In this document: positions 1 to 15,056 of the stretch, piece after piece | Layout: every line of letters begins with the position of its first letter | How positions within the stretch are numbered: the first letter of the stretch is position 1 | Assembly (NCBI GenBank): GCA_951406725.2 | Contig: OX597835.1 | Span: forward strand, 27,156,001-27,220,000 | Length of the DNA: 64,000 nucleotides | Direction: 5' to 3' | Source: Octopus vulgaris | Lineage: Eukaryota | Translations under genes and position numbers: made by a program | The notes under the pieces: generated by a model | What the model saw: only the letters and a program-made list of their open reading frames with translations | Databases searched by the model: none | Told to the model about the DNA's origin: nothing

Positions 1-208
1 GCACGCATGCATACACATTTACACTTACACACATGCATACATACATATTTACACATACAACACACACACGCACATCGATACAAGCAGACACACTATTACA
101 CAAACACAATTTTTCTATTCAATGATTAAATTTCAAGAATTATAGATTTATTACTTTCAATTATCTTTCAAGGTTTTCCCGCCTCTGCTTAGGACCCTCT
201 CTCTTCAT

Positions 209-1017
<809 letters not shown>

Positions 1018-2371
1018 TGTTTCTTTATTAGCCACACAGGGCTGCACACAGATAGAACAAATTACAAGGTAGAGCTTTTCTTTGAAGGTTTAAAAAAAAA
1101 AAAAAAAAAGGAAGGGGGAGTTTCGATCAAAAGGGATCGTAAAAGGAGAGAAAGAGGACAAAAAAAAGGGGGTTAAAAAAAAGGGGGGAGGAAAAAAAAT
1201 TGATCAATAGGGATCGTTATCACAGAAATGTCAATATGAAGTGTAAAGGGGAGGACAGGTGAGGTTTACCCGTGGAAAGAAAAGCCTACGGAAAAGACCA
1301 CGGTAACCTCGGTCAATGAAGTCACATTTTATATTTCTTTTTTTTTTTTTTTTTTTTGCAAATAAGCAACTCTCTGTTTTCGATTTCTGGGTTCATAGGA
1401 CTATGCTCAAGGTGGCTTCGTCATTCATACGTGCCATTCTTGCTACATTCACCCATCTTTTTTTTAAACATTCGCTAGACAAAACTTGCCTCTCTACTCT
1501 CACTTTCCTTTTCAAGTGGTACTTGAAGAAGTTGATGAGAGATTGACCAGAGAGGAAAGTGTTTGTCTCCAATCCTTTCAGACGCGTCCACCAGATACAT
1601 TCTTTCGCCATAGCCACAAGGATGATGAAAATAGCTCTTCCTTCCCGTTTGAAGGAAGGAGGCGTGACAATATTGACGATAGACTCAGCTGATAAACCGA
1701 CTCGTCCCACACGTGACAGCAGTTGTTCGACATAAGCCCACAGGTCGGAAATTGTTGGACACTGAACGAGTGCGTGCAGAACGGTTTCGTCGCTCTGACC
1801 GCATCTCGGGCAGGTCGGCCCCGTGTTTCTCGAGCCGTGTCTGTAGAGCTTATCCCGAACGGGTAGCGCTTCTCGGTAGCACTGCCAGGCCAGGGATCTC
1901 TGGAAGTTGTCCATGGGCCCTGGCCCGAAAGTCGTCCTGAACAGGCGGGTCAGGTACTCCTCGTCGACGTCCAGGTTCGCCCCGAGCTCGTCGTCGTACC
2001 TCCCCTCCACTAAACCCCTATAGAATGCTTTGGTTGTGTTGAAGTCACTTAAGGTCGACCCATGACGGCAGAGTTGCCTGAGAGCAACGCGACACTCGCG
2101 GTGCCATTCGCCCTTCCTCGGCCTCTTTTTGATCCACGACTGCAGTTCGGTCATGGAGACGAGCTGCGGGAAAGCGTGCCTCACAAACGGCGACCACACC
2201 TGTTCACCGTCGTCTACATAGAGCCAGAGATGCCGCAGTCTCAGCGCGTGTCTGCTCATCATCAACCACGGCATGCCCAGCCCTCCTTTTAACGGGTGTT
2301 GACAGCAAATGGATCGCCTGACCATCGGGACGCATCCTTTCCACAAGAAGCGAAAGAGGATGCGTTGTAGT
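1018..2371 (-). mobile_element. 5'-truncated Tx1/L1-clade LINE (ORF2 C-terminus plus 3' UTR)
   Basis: Minus frame reads LQRILFRFLWKG...KGGLGMP...ALPVRDKL...CPRCGQSDETVLHALVQC (zf-RVT-type CCHC), stop at 1393. AATAAA at 1029-1024 is followed by (TATC)n. Confidence 0.9.
1393..2370 (-). pseudogene. Uninterrupted ~325-aa ORF2 C-terminal fragment of the Tx1-like LINE
   Basis: ORF track 1393..2346, extendable to ~2370; no stops or frameshifts; no true start codon. Confidence 0.85.
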
Positions 2372-2408
2372 TAGATAGATAGATAGATAGATAGATAGAT
2401 ATATAGAC

Positions 2409-2439
<31 letters not shown>

Positions 2440-2441
2440 TT

Positions 2442-2487
<46 letters not shown>

Positions 2488-2582
2488 CAGACAGTAGCAG
2501 ACAGACAGGCAGACAGGCAGACAAACAGGCAGATAGACAGACAAATAGACAGGCAGACAAACAGACAGACAGGCAGACAAGC

Positions 2583-2617
<35 letters not shown>

Positions 2618-2850
2618 AAGACAGACAGGCAGACAGACAGACAGAAAGACAGACAGGCAGACAGATAGACAGAAAGACAGACAGACAGACAGACAGGTAG
2701 ATAGATAGATAAATAGATAGATAGACAGACAGACAGACAGGCAGGCATACAGACAAACAGACAGTGTGTGTGTGTGCATGTGTGTATCTGTGTGTATGTG
2801 TGCATGCGTGCGAGTGTGTGTATGTATGTGTGCGTGTATGTGTGTGTATG
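2372..2850. repeat. (GATA)n/(GACA)n/(GT)n compound microsatellite
   Basis: Direct reading. Confidence 0.95.
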
Positions 2851-2879
2851 GGGGGGGGGCTGCGTGTGTGAGCGCGCAC

Positions 2880-3147
2880 CTTTTCTTGAAATATGAAGCC
2901 TTCACCGAATGTAATTGTCACTTCTTTTGAACTCCTTTGATGTTCGTGGCTTCCGGCATTTCTTTCTTTCGCAGAGAACCAAAGTTCAACCGTCTCCATA
3001 TTCCAAACAAATTCCTCCGTTAAGAACTTTCGTAATTAGAATAACATCGAATCTATACCTTTAATCCGTTCAGCTGTCCGTTCCACCGTAGCCACCGCCA
3101 CGAACTGATCGTCTTCATCGGTGGCCTATCGATGTCTTCTTCTGTCT
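2880..3147 (-). other. Candidate exon (UTR or non-coding; possible ATG at 2999)
   Basis: Acceptor taactgacactactttgtctgttacCAG, donor AAG|GTGCGC, unique sequence; no frame is open across the whole exon. Confidence 0.3.
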
Positions 3148-3175
3148 CTGGTAACAGACAAAGTAGTGTCAGTTA

Positions 3176-3403
3176 AGCGAGCTGGCAGAACCGTTAGCAC
3201 GCCGGGTGAAATGCGTAGCCGTATTTCGTCTGCCGTTACATTCTGAGTTCAAATTCCGCCGAGGTCGACTTTGCCTTTCATCCTTTCCAGGTCAATTAAA
3301 TAAGTACCAGTTACGCACTGGGGTCGATATAATCGACTTGATTCGTTTGTTTGTCCTTGTTTGTCCTCTCTGTGTTTAGCCCCTTGTGGGTAGTAAAGAA
3401 ATA
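3176..3403 (+). mobile_element. SINE family A (tRNA-like head plus Nin/Deu-like domain), type-1 tail
   Basis: gagctggcagaa..ttagc (A box), gagttcaaattcc (B box), gtcgactttgcctttcatcctt..aagtacca; many near-identical copies in the window. Confidence 0.9.
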
Positions 3404-3644
3404 GTTAAGATTGCTCCGTTACTACATCGTTATCGGTTCAATCCCAATGCGCGTCAACTTGAGCACGTGCCTTCTCCCATTACCTCTAATCGACCGGCCT
3501 TTGGGCATGAACCCGTCTGATGGACTGGAAAGCTTTAGTTCTTCGGCCATCGGTCAACTTAACTTGACCCTCGGGTCCTTTAACGGATTCCGCGATGTAG
3601 TAAACGTTTGCATTCTGTTCCACGGTCTTTTATTGTTTTAGTCC

Positions 3645-3840
3645 TTTTATTTGTTTCACTCGTTTGACTGCGGCCATGCTGGAGCACCGCCTTTAGTCGA
3701 ACAACTCGACCCCAGGACTTATTCTTTGTAAGCTTAGTACTTATTATATCGCCCTCTCTTTGGCCGAACCGCTAAGTTACAGGGATATAAACACACCAAC
3801 ACCGGTTGTCAAGCAATGTAGGGGAACAAACACAAACACA
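3645..3840 (-). mobile_element. SINE family B, 3' half
   Basis: Matches 61668-61870 and the reverse complement of 53070-53257. Confidence 0.85.
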
Positions 3841-3861
3841 CACATATATATATACATATAC

Positions 3862-4000
<139 letters not shown>

Positions 4001-4253
4001 CATATATTTGCGTGTGTATGCGCGTGCGTGATTGTATATTTTATTTGTGGGTTAATAAGGCTACCAATGGTTTCATGCGAAGTGAGATCTCTTAACAATT
4101 TTCTAATGTACGACATTGGAACGTTGGTACTCGTCTCCAGCACTGATTCTCAATGCTCGATAAAAGCACACAAATATGTGTGCGAGCGTGTGTACGTGTG
4201 CATGCGTGTCTACATACATGCATACATATATACCTAAACATATATATATATAC

Positions 4254-4305
<52 letters not shown>

Positions 4306-4306
4306 G

Positions 4307-4409
<103 letters not shown>

Positions 4410-4476
4410 CAGTATTGAGAGTGAATATGTGTTTGACTAACGCTACAAACGAGTCTTAGACGACAATATCGGGTGC

Positions 4477-4578
<102 letters not shown>

Positions 4579-4881
4579 TTTCAAACTTTTGTTTTTACAC
4601 AAAGTTTCAGCAATTTTATGGAGACGTATCAGTTTGAATGCTTTCATCTTGTATTTGAGATCACGGCTCTTCTATGAATTGATGTTTTTATCTTTCTGTT
4701 TTTAAATATTTGAAATTTTCACATAAAGAACCGCTCGGTTTCTAAGAAAGAAACAGAGTTCCTTGGTTGGAATTTTGATAAAAAGAACGTCAAAGAGTTT
4801 ATATGTTGAATATTATATCTTGTATCATATATATGTATGCTAGCTTTTCTTTCAGATTTATTTAAGATCTTTTCAGAATTC

Positions 4882-5215
4882 GTGAAGGCACGTGATCTGT
4901 TGGCTAGGGTGGGGCATTCGCGATCGCAACTTCGTGGTTTCGATTTCCGGAACGACGGTGCCTTGTGTTCTTGAGCAAAACACTTCCTTTCATGGAACTA
5001 CAATCTGCTCAGTTGTACATGATTGACCTTGCGATGGACTGGGGCCTCTCGCTCAGTGGAAATGTTGTGGTCTTTGTCATTCATGGAAACCGGGTAGCCA
5101 GAAGTACTATACTTATAAAACAGGTGCTGGGGGTCGATTGTTTCGACTAAACCGTTCACAATGATGCTCCAGCACAGCCACAGTCCAATGGCTGAAATAA
5201 GTAAGAGCTAAAAGA
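4882..5215 (+). mobile_element. Degenerate composite SINE (tRNA head, C-like ccttgcgatggactgg block, B-type 3' tail)
   Basis: Local similarity to families D, C and B in succession. Confidence 0.55.
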
Positions 5216-5271
5216 TAGCTAACTTGAATTTTGACACGACCCACTAACTCCCAGGCCTAAAAACTGTGCCC

Positions 5272-5367
<96 letters not shown>

Positions 5368-5407
5368 TTATATATATATATATGTTTATATATATATATA
5401 TATGTGT

Positions 5408-5547
5408 GACGGGCTTCTTTCAGTTTCCGTCTACCAAATCCACTCACCCGAGACAATAGCAGAAGACACTTGCCTAAGATGACATGCAGTGGGACTGAAA
5501 CCAGAACCATGTGTTTGATAAGCAAGCATCTTAGCACACAGCCACGC
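5408..5547 (-). mobile_element. SINE family B, 5' half
   Basis: gacgggcttctttcagtttccgtctaccaaatcc...cacacagccac. Confidence 0.85.
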
Positions 5548-6013
5548 GTATATATATATATATATACATACATACATACATGCATATGTGTGTGTGCGTG
5601 CGCGCGTGTCTGTGTCTCTGTGTGTCTGTGTGTCTCTGTGTGTTCGCAAATAAGCAATGTGATAGGCGCATGCACACACACACACACACACAGACACACA
5701 CAAGCACCTAATGCCCAATCTTTCCTTGCGATGCTTCACCATTTCCACACTCTTTCTTTCTCCTCCTTTTCTCAGCACATTGCAACAAACGTCTCTGTTT
5801 TGTTTCTATTCCTCTCTCTCACTCTCTCTCTCTCTCTCTCTCTTTCTACCTCATTCTCTCACTTTCTAAACGCGCACGTTTCTCCTTCAGTGTGTGTGTG
5901 TGTGTGAACAATTGTTGTTGTCATGGTGGTGTCACTGTTAAGTCACTGTGTCACGATGACACAGCAGTTATTGTCATTGCATCAATGGTTAGTAATATTA
6001 TTTTTGCCCACAT

Positions 6014-6595
6014 GGCAACGAGCTGGCAGAAACGTTAGCACGCCGGGTGAAATGCTTAGCGGTATTTCGTCCGCCGCTACGTTCTGAGTTCAAATTCCGC
6101 CGAGGTCGACTTTGCCTTTCATCCTTTCGGGGTCGATTAAATAAGTACCAGTTACGCACTGGGGTCGATGTAATAGACTTAATCCGTTTGTCTGTCCATG
6201 TTCGTCCCCTCTGTGTTTAGCCTTGGGATGTAAAAATGGTATTTGTCTGCCTACGTTCTGAGTTCAAATTCCGCCGAGGTCGACTTTGCTTTTCATCCTT
6301 TCGGGGTCGATTAAATAAGTACCAGTTACGCACTGGGGTCGATGTAATCGACTTAATCCGTTTGTCTGTCGATGTTCGTCCCCTCTGTGTTTAGCCCCTT
6401 GTGGATAGTAAAGAAATAGGTATTTGGTCTGCCGCTACGTTCTGAGTTCAAATTCCGCCGAGGTCGACTTTGCTTTTCGGGATCAATAAATTGAGTACCA
6501 GTTACGCACTGAGGTTGATGTAATCGATTTAATCCTTTTGTCTGTCCTTGTTTGTCCTCTCTGTGTTTAGCCCCTTGTGGGCAATAAAGAAATAA
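6014..6595 (+). mobile_element. SINE family A trimer
   Basis: One full unit plus two headless units starting at ggtattt (~6238, ~6419). Confidence 0.9.
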
Positions 6596-6679
6596 ATGTT
6601 ATTTTTGCCCATTCTCTAGACTTACACACAACATATATGTACATATGCATGAACAGGCAGACAGGCAGACGGGTGGATG

Positions 6680-6801
<122 letters not shown>

Positions 6802-7769
6802 CACATGTACGAATGTGTGTATGCGAGTGAATGCGTTTGTGTATTATGTAGATATATGTGCATTTATGTATGTGTATGTAAGCATGTATGTATGTATGTA
6901 TGTATGTATGTATGTATGTACGTACGTATGTATGTATGTATTATCTATGTATGTATGTATGTATGTATGTATGTAGGTATCTATTTATGTATGTATGTAT
7001 GTATGCATACATGTATGTATGTTTTATCTATTCATGTATGTATGTATGTATGTATGTATGTATGTATGTATGTATGTATGTATGTATGTATGTATGTATG
7101 TGTGTGTGTATGTGTGTGTCTCTGTTTCCGCCTGAAAATAGAAGTTTGTAAATGTGAATTTAATTAGTTAGTCAATAATCAGATGTTTTCTCGAAGTAGA
7201 ATCCAAATAGACACACACGCACACACACACACACACACATACACACACACACATTCACATACATGTACACAGACACAAACATCTACGTAAACGCCTACAC
7301 ACACATCTATTCACAGACCTGTCATACGCATACCCCAACACATACAGAACCATACCTGCATTCATCCATCTTATACAAACACGTACATACATATATCCAC
7401 CGGTGATTGCCTCTAACCTGGGTGCTTTCTATTGTGGGTGCACTTGGTTAGCAGGCTGGCTAATCGGAATACTGTACACGTGTAGTTCAATTCCAGTAAG
7501 CAATATAAAATTTCATCCGTTCTTACGTCCTTTGCACACACACGCACACACACACACACATACACCCCCCCACACACACACACATATATATATACTGGAA
7601 GACAGAGATATAGCTAGATGTGTGTGTATGTATATATGTATGTGTATATATGTGTGTGTGTATGTGTGTGTATGTGTGTGTGCGTAGAACGTTGAAAAGA
7701 ACATATGAGTGTGACTTTATATATATATATATATATGGTTTTTTAAAAACCATTAAAGATATTTACTCT

Positions 7770-7822
<53 letters not shown>

Positions 7823-7869
7823 GGTATGTATATATGTATATATGTTTGTATGTATATACATATATATGC

Positions 7870-7914
<45 letters not shown>

Positions 7915-8099
7915 AATGTATGTATTCATGTGTGCATACAGTTTTGTGTGTGCGCGCGCGCGTGTCTGTGTGGTTTCAAGCAAAGAAGAATGTAATATGC
8001 AGTAAATGTTTGTTAGTCATGTGTAGCGGAATGGATCAAACTACCCGGCAGACAGTTTCGACGGTGGCATACAAAAGAGAAGTAAGGTAGCTAAAAGAG

Positions 8100-8445
8100 T
8101 GGAGCAAATAAATGAAAAACGAGCAGAATGGGTGAGTAGAAGAGAGGTAGGGAGCTCGGAAGGAGTGACTGTTAACGAAGACAGGTTCAGAGAGTACCAA
8201 TATTTGTTGGTACGTAGGCAGATGATTCGTATGGCGTGAAGATGTGAGAAGTTTGAATGTAGTGGAAAATCAAAATGAAACTAACTTATTATTTCCCAGG
8301 GAGAAGTGATCCTAAGGTGGAAAGTCAGTCTCTGTTCCTGGAGGAGTCGAATGGCTGAGTCAAATCGTGAAGGAAAATACCAATGACAGAATGTTGATGA
8401 TAGTAGCATCCAAGACAGATGAAGTGCTATTCAAAAGATCTTTAA
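8100..8445 (-). mobile_element. Very degenerate LINE 3' relic (CR1/Jockey-like)
   Basis: Minus translation fragments such as SHLHAIRIICLRTNKYWYSL resemble LINE ORF2 C-termini; weak. Confidence 0.3.
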
Positions 8446-8757
8446 AATTATTTAATTCGTACGTCTAGCGTTCGGCTGGTCGAAGACTTACTGATTTATG
8501 GCGGCAATAAATATATCTTCTCGCCATTAAATTAAGATTTATATTTTGATATTTCTGAATTCTTAACACATGAATACCATGTTGTCTTGTATAATATAGT
8601 AAAACGTTTCAAATTAATCAAAAAAGTTCTTCTTTTGTCTATGTACATCTTATATTCAACAGTTCTCTAATCACTTGAGAATCGTTAACGTGAAACTCAG
8701 TATTTGTGAAAACTCAGCTGAGAATTCCATACATACGTGTGCCCTTAACGTAGTTAA

Positions 8758-8809
<52 letters not shown>

Positions 8810-8811
<2 letters not shown>

Positions 8812-8970
8812 GACGTGCTATTTTCAGTTTCCGTCCACCACATCCATTCACAAGGCTTTGGTCGTCCCCAGGCTATAGTAGACACTTGACCAAGATGTCA
8901 CGCAGTGAGACTGAACCCGGAACAATGTGGTTGGGAAGCAAGCTTCTTACCACACAGCCACGCCTGTGCC
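8810..8970 (-). mobile_element. SINE family B, 5' half
   Basis: Matches the family B head. Confidence 0.85.
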
Positions 8971-9102
8971 TATATATGTATATAAAATTTACATGTGAGT
9001 GTGTATAGATAGAGATACAGATATATACGGTGTATATATAACCCAAATCACACAATACCGAAGTATAACTCTTAGGTTTTTTGTACCAGATACACACACA
9101 TG

Positions 9103-9134
<32 letters not shown>

Positions 9135-9341
9135 TTATATATATAATCTGAATACATACATGTAAAAATAGCGAACAAAACAGTAGATATTAGTAGAAAA
9201 AGCTGATAAACATCTCGTTTATTTTCATTAACCTATTGTCAGATTTCAAACAAATCTTGCTTTTATTTTTTTGTGCGTATTTCTTTACCGAGGAAAACAA
9301 CAGCTTAAAGCTATAAAGAAAATGGCGTTTAGATTAAAAGA

Positions 9342-9386
<45 letters not shown>

Positions 9387-9394
9387 CATACATA

Positions 9395-9445
<51 letters not shown>

Positions 9446-9809
9446 CATACATACACACACATATATATATATATATATATATGCATATACATATCTATAC
9501 ACACATCTATATGTATATATATACACACGCTGTATTCTTTAGATAGGTGATAATAATTGCGAATTGGTGTTACTTTCTGCATATCGGTGCTACTTTCTAA
9601 AACGTTAGCATTTGTCAGAGTTGCAATCTGCACATCGACTGCTACGTTTAGGAACATTGCTGTAACGATTCGTTTCTCAGGAATATCATATTACCATTTT
9701 GAGGAGTATAGATGGATGGATGGATGGATGGATGGATGGGTAGACATTAAACTGTATCCTGTGGTGGCGCTCCAGTTTGGGAGTTCGTGAGTTTTATGGA
9801 GTATATAAT

Positions 9810-10255
9810 TACCCCTTAGTCATCGCAACTCGCAGAGTTGCTCTGGCACAGGATGGTATTACCTGTCAAAGGACTTTTGTTAGGGATCAAATAACAGAAG
9901 GTGATTCTGTGGTTATGTTATATAGCTTTCAGAGGAGTCCCATTCATTTTTTCTGCCCACTATTCCTTGGGGTGTGGTGGGGTGGGAGAAGAGTCCATAG
10001 GAGCCTAGGAGAAACAACGACCATTAGACCTTCCGGTTGGATTTCGAAACGAGACCAACAAAGTAAATGGATATTATCCAATCATCTTGTACTTGGTCTA
10101 CCCTTAGGTTTTCTACCGGTTAGCTCTCGATCGAAGAATCTTCTCTTGCGATTCTTTCCTGCCTCAAAGATTGATGACCTTTGTCCTTGCCCGCTAACCA
10201 ACGGCCTTTTATGAATGCTGGAGGTCCACCACATAGAAATGGGATCGATCTGAAC
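9810..10255 (-). mobile_element. Degenerate RTE-like LINE 3' fragment
   Basis: Minus translation GRKPKGRPSTR*LDNI at ~10120-10070 matches the GRP..RW.D motif of RTE ORF ends. Confidence 0.45.
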
Positions 10256-10278
10256 GCAAAAAGAATAAGAGGGAAAGA

Positions 10279-10691
10279 GGATCTTTTCGGTTTGAACGGC
10301 AGTTTTTAACAGAATTTCTAGGTAACTAAAAAATGTTAAACTTCGTATACTGGTAGAATGTGTTTATAAAACATCTTTTTCTCTTGGCTTTATTGAGAAA
10401 ATTCTATAGTTTGTAAGATATTTGTTGTTTTTTTTTCTTCAATTTCTGCAATTTCAACCAATCACTGACGTCTATTGAGGTAAAAAAACATTCTGTGCCG
10501 TATGAATATGTCCCTCGTTTTAGAAACAGATTGGGTTTATTTACATTTCTGAAGAAAAATAGATACCCTTCCCCCCACCCCTAACCCTAAAACAGATTGA
10601 AATGCAATAGATCGATTCTAGGGTCATAATTATGGGTGACAATTTCATATGACACCGCTAGAAAAAACTGCCGTTCAATCCGAAAGGATCC
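10279..10691. mobile_element. Non-autonomous DNA transposon (MITE), ~29-bp TIRs, 8-bp TSD GGGAAAGA
   Basis: Left ggatcttttcggtttgaacggcagttttt; right aaaaactgccgttcaatccgaaaggatcc; GGGAAAGA at 10271-10278 and 10692-10699. Confidence 0.9.
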
Positions 10692-10936
10692 GGGAAAGAA
10701 CGAAGAATAAGAGGGAAGTTGTTAGAAAGCATTGCACAGATAAGAGTTGAAATGAGGGAGATTTAGCTGCTATTTCTCGCGACCACGTAGATGGTTAAAG
10801 GAAATATGTAGCTAGAAGTGAATTTGTGAAGAGAAAACAGACGGCGAATGTGCTGCAGTCTGTTTGATTTCGGTTTGGGTTTGGTTATGCTTAAAATGTG
10901 AGTTTTGAGTTGTAGCCATTTGGCAGGAGGTTTGCA

Positions 10937-11006
<70 letters not shown>

Positions 11007-11104
11007 TTTGGAGTTTTGTATGACGTAATATTACACAAGTATTGCTTGGCTGCAACGAAGTGAAGAGATAAACTAAAGGAAACAGAGAAGGAAACAAAGA
11101 GGAA

Positions 11105-11283
11105 GAGTGAGAGAGAGAAAGAGAGAGTCAGAGAGAGAGAGTGTGTCACAGAGAGAGAGAGAGAGAAAGAAAGAGAGAGTCAGAGAGAGAGAGAGAAAGA
11201 TAGTGTCAGAGAGAGAGAGAGAGAAAGAGAGAGTCAGAGAGAGAGTCAGAGAGAGTCAGAGAGAGAGAGAGAGAGAGAGAGTC

Positions 11284-11321
<38 letters not shown>

Positions 11322-11420
11322 TCAGAGAGAGAGAGAGAAAGAGAAAAAGAATGTCAGTGAGAGTGAGAAAGAGAGAGTCAGAGAGAGGGAGAAAGAGAGA
11401 GTCAGAGAGAGAGAGAGAGA
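11105..11420. repeat. (GA)n with periodic gtca interruptions
   Basis: Direct reading. Confidence 0.9.
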
Positions 11421-12014
11421 TGAAGGAAAGGAGACGATGAAAGACGATGTAAAAGAAGAAGCGAGAGAGGTAAGGTGAGAGCAAAATAAAAATAAAAATG
11501 AAAGAGCGAAGTAGCGGGTAAGAACAAGAGCGCGCGAATGTGCGTATGTGTATGTGTGAGTACATGTGTATGAATATATGAATACCTGTGTGTGTGTATG
11601 TTCGTGCTAGCGTAGGAGAGTGTAATAGAGAAAAGAAGAAGAAAAACAAAAGAAAAAATATATATATGGATAAAACAATGAGAAACTGGAGAGTGGAGGG
11701 GAAGAGGGGAGAGAGGGGTGGAGAAGAAAGTGGGGAAGAAAATAAAGGTAGGATGAGAGTGGGGTGGGTTAGTGGAGCAAAGGACAATTGCTATTATAGT
11801 TTTTGGTTAGTGTTAACATATTTGTAGGGGAACATTTAAATAGCTTGATAAGAGATAATTATGTGGTGAGACTGACAGATAGAGAACTGCATAGTTGAGT
11901 TGAATGGTAGCATGTTTAATTTAGGTGGGGGACATTAGAAGGCTAAATGGAAATAGAAATAATTAGGTGGTTGAGATAGATGGATAGATAGATGGATGGA
12001 TGGATGGATGGATG

Positions 12015-12137
<123 letters not shown>

Positions 12138-12290
12138 AAGAAAATAGAAAGAGAGGGAAGACAGAGAGGGGGAGACAGGGGGAGACAGGAAAGGAAGCAG
12201 ATAGGTAGGTAGGTACGTGCGTACGTACTTACGTACGTACGTAGGAGATAGACAGACAGAAAGATAGGTAGATAGACAGATAGACAGATA

Positions 12291-12323
<33 letters not shown>

Positions 12324-12472
12324 AAGAATAACATTGGGTACACAGAAATTGTATAGATACCCATACAATGGGTAGATTGCAACCACAGTTTAAATCGAAC
12401 AGCAATATTAACCACTATGTCCCTATGATTCTGTTAGAGAATTCCGTTAACCGCTCAGCATTTAAACCAGCC

Positions 12473-12716
12473 ACCAGTTGTTAAACAGTGCAGTGCGGGG
12501 GAGGGACAAACACAGACACAAAGATGCACACATATAGATATATATTTTATAAAGACATATACAGACGACGGGCTTCTTTCAGTTTCCGCCTACCAAATCC
12601 ACTCACACGGCTTTGGTCGTCCTGAGGCTACAGTAGACGATATCTGGCATAGGTGCCACGCAGTGAGACTGAATCCCGAATCATGTGGCTGGGAAAAGCA
12701 AACTTCTTACCACACA
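12473..12716 (-). mobile_element. SINE family B (partial)
   Basis: Matches the family B consensus. Confidence 0.8.
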
Positions 12717-12737
12717 CTTATATACACATGTATATAC

Positions 12738-12924
12738 AGTCAATCCAAACAAGGATAAGCGAGAAAAAACACCAACGTGGGGACATGGAACAACTTCTGT
12801 GTTATTGGACACTCAGGAAAGGAAAGAAAAGAAAGGATTACACATTTCGAGCGGGGGCTCTTTATCAGAAATATCGGAAAAGTCCAAAGAAGGGAAGACG
12901 GAGAAAGAAAATCGCCAACGATAC

Positions 12925-12925
<1 letters not shown>
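12738..12925 (-). mobile_element. Penelope-like terminal-repeat fragment with hammerhead-like core
   Basis: Homologous to 26541-26725; minus strand tttCTGATAAagagcccccgctcGAAAtgtg; flanked by (TA)n-rich tracts. Confidence 0.6.
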
Positions 12926-12985
<60 letters not shown>

Positions 12986-12990
12986 GTATA

Positions 12991-13024
<34 letters not shown>

Positions 13025-13026
<2 letters not shown>

Positions 13027-13400
13027 GGCGCAGGAGTGGCTGTGTGGTAAGTAGCTTGCTTAACAACCACATGGATCCAGGTTCAGTCCCACTGCGTGGC
13101 ACCTTAGGCAGGTGTCTTCCACAATAGCCACGAGCCAACCAGAGCCTTGTGAGTGGATTTGGTAGACGGAAACTGAAAGAAGCCCGACGTATATATGTTT
13201 GTATAAATATATATATATATACATATATGTATGTATGTATGTGTGTATGTTTGTGTGTGTGTGTGTGTATGTGTGTTTGTACCGCCAACATCACTTGACA
13301 ACCTATGCTGGTGTGTTTACGTCCCCGTAACGTAGCGGTTCAACAAAAGAGACCGATAGAATAAGTACTAGGCTTACAAAGAATAAGTCCTGGGGTCGAT
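13025..13400 (+). mobile_element. SINE family B (3'-truncated)
   Basis: ggcgcaggagtggctgtgtggtaag...ggttcagtccc...tttggtagacggaaactgaaagaagccc, internal (TA)/(TG) tract. Confidence 0.9.
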
Positions 13401-13631
13401 GCAGGATTTGTCGAAGCGATCTTTGCGAGCTATAAAATTTCCTGGGCATTCCATTTTCTGCCACTATCCTTTGTTTTATACTCAACGCACACTGAGGATT
13501 TCCTGAGGTAGATCCAGCGAAAATTGTGTTATTACTGTGAATAACACCAGGTAGCCGTAGACAGTGAACGTGCTTTATAAGTGTACTACTAGGAACATAT
13601 CCAACACTTAAATATTAACTTAATATATATC

Positions 13632-13783
<152 letters not shown>

Positions 13784-14429
13784 GCGCATTGTAAAAGGTA
13801 GCCAGAAGGAATGTGGTACTTGAGTAGATAGGTTCACGGGCAGGTAGGTAGGCAGTTATTGCTAATATATTTGATGTAGGGCAGGGGCTACATTAAGAAG
13901 CTATCAAGAAAAATTATGAGATGCTATTCATAGATAGATAGATAGGTTTGTGTTAACATAAGTAATGCAGGGACGTTAAAAAGCTAAACTGAAACAAATA
14001 TACGAGGAAAATACGAAATAAACTGTTAGATAATGAGTCTTTCAGCAACTCCTGCGGACAACACTGAACATGTTTCGATCGTATAATGTCCTCATCTGCA
14101 AAATTGCAGTATTTGTGGGGAGAGAATCAGTATTGAAATATGCACTAATATACACTGGATAGCGTTGAAAACTAGAATTGTTTAAAGAATGAATTACTAA
14201 GGGACACCATCTGCATGTAAAACAATAATAAAGTTACTGTTAATATATTGAATGCAGGGTTTATTACAATGTTAAATGCGGAAACCTCTTTCGTCACTGA
14301 GTTTAATATTTTCTTAAAAAAGCAATGTAATATCTCACACCTTTCTATATAATGATTCTTTCGTTATTGTTTCGATGGACACCGGTTGAGAGTTTCAAAG
14401 ACGCGTGAACCGTTCAATGTCATTTTCGT

Positions 14430-14680
14430 TTATAATCAGCGTGATGCAGCTGGGCCTTCCAATTACAGGAACAGTCCATCGTTTCCATGAAGTATAAATG
14501 ACCGAGATCACAACCTTCCTCATCCCCTGTACGATAGTCAGTCGCGGGTTATTCATTTACCGCGGAATGAACCGAAGCAACTTAAAATGAAATGTTTTGC
14601 TCGAGAAAACGATGCGCCATTTGATCCAGGATAAGAAACCACGATCTTGCGATCGCGAGAGTTACGCCCTGACCACTAAA
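14430..14680 (-). mobile_element. Degenerate SINE family D-like copy
   Basis: Minus-strand tRNA-like head tagtggtcagggcgtaactctcgcgatc...ggtttcttatcc. Confidence 0.45.
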
Positions 14681-14977
14681 CGACGGTAATACATTTGTTA
14701 GGATTTTAGCATACGACATTGAACAAAATGTTTTGTGGTTTTTAATTAAAATGTCCCTATTAAGATCTGAATTCAAATCTTTGTCAGCTCAATTTTATCG
14801 TTCGTTAATCCGGGCGTGAAGAAGGTCGATATAAATTCAAGTACCAGTTATTAAATGAGGTTCGCTATTGATTGACTCCAACCGTCCTGACACTTTCTCT
14901 CATTGTAGCAACTAATATATATTAAACTCTCAAAAGCTCCTATCAAAACATATTTATCTTTTCTTTTCTTTTGTCCT

Positions 14978-14987
14978 TCATCATTAT

Positions 14988-15056
<69 letters not shown>

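Noticed and set aside
3176-3260. tRNA genes at SINE heads
   Set aside because: A/B boxes are present but I see no complete cloverleaf, and they run into SINE bodies.
10575-10592. Telomeric CCCTAA repeat
   Set aside because: Only two units, internal to a MITE; not an interstitial telomere.
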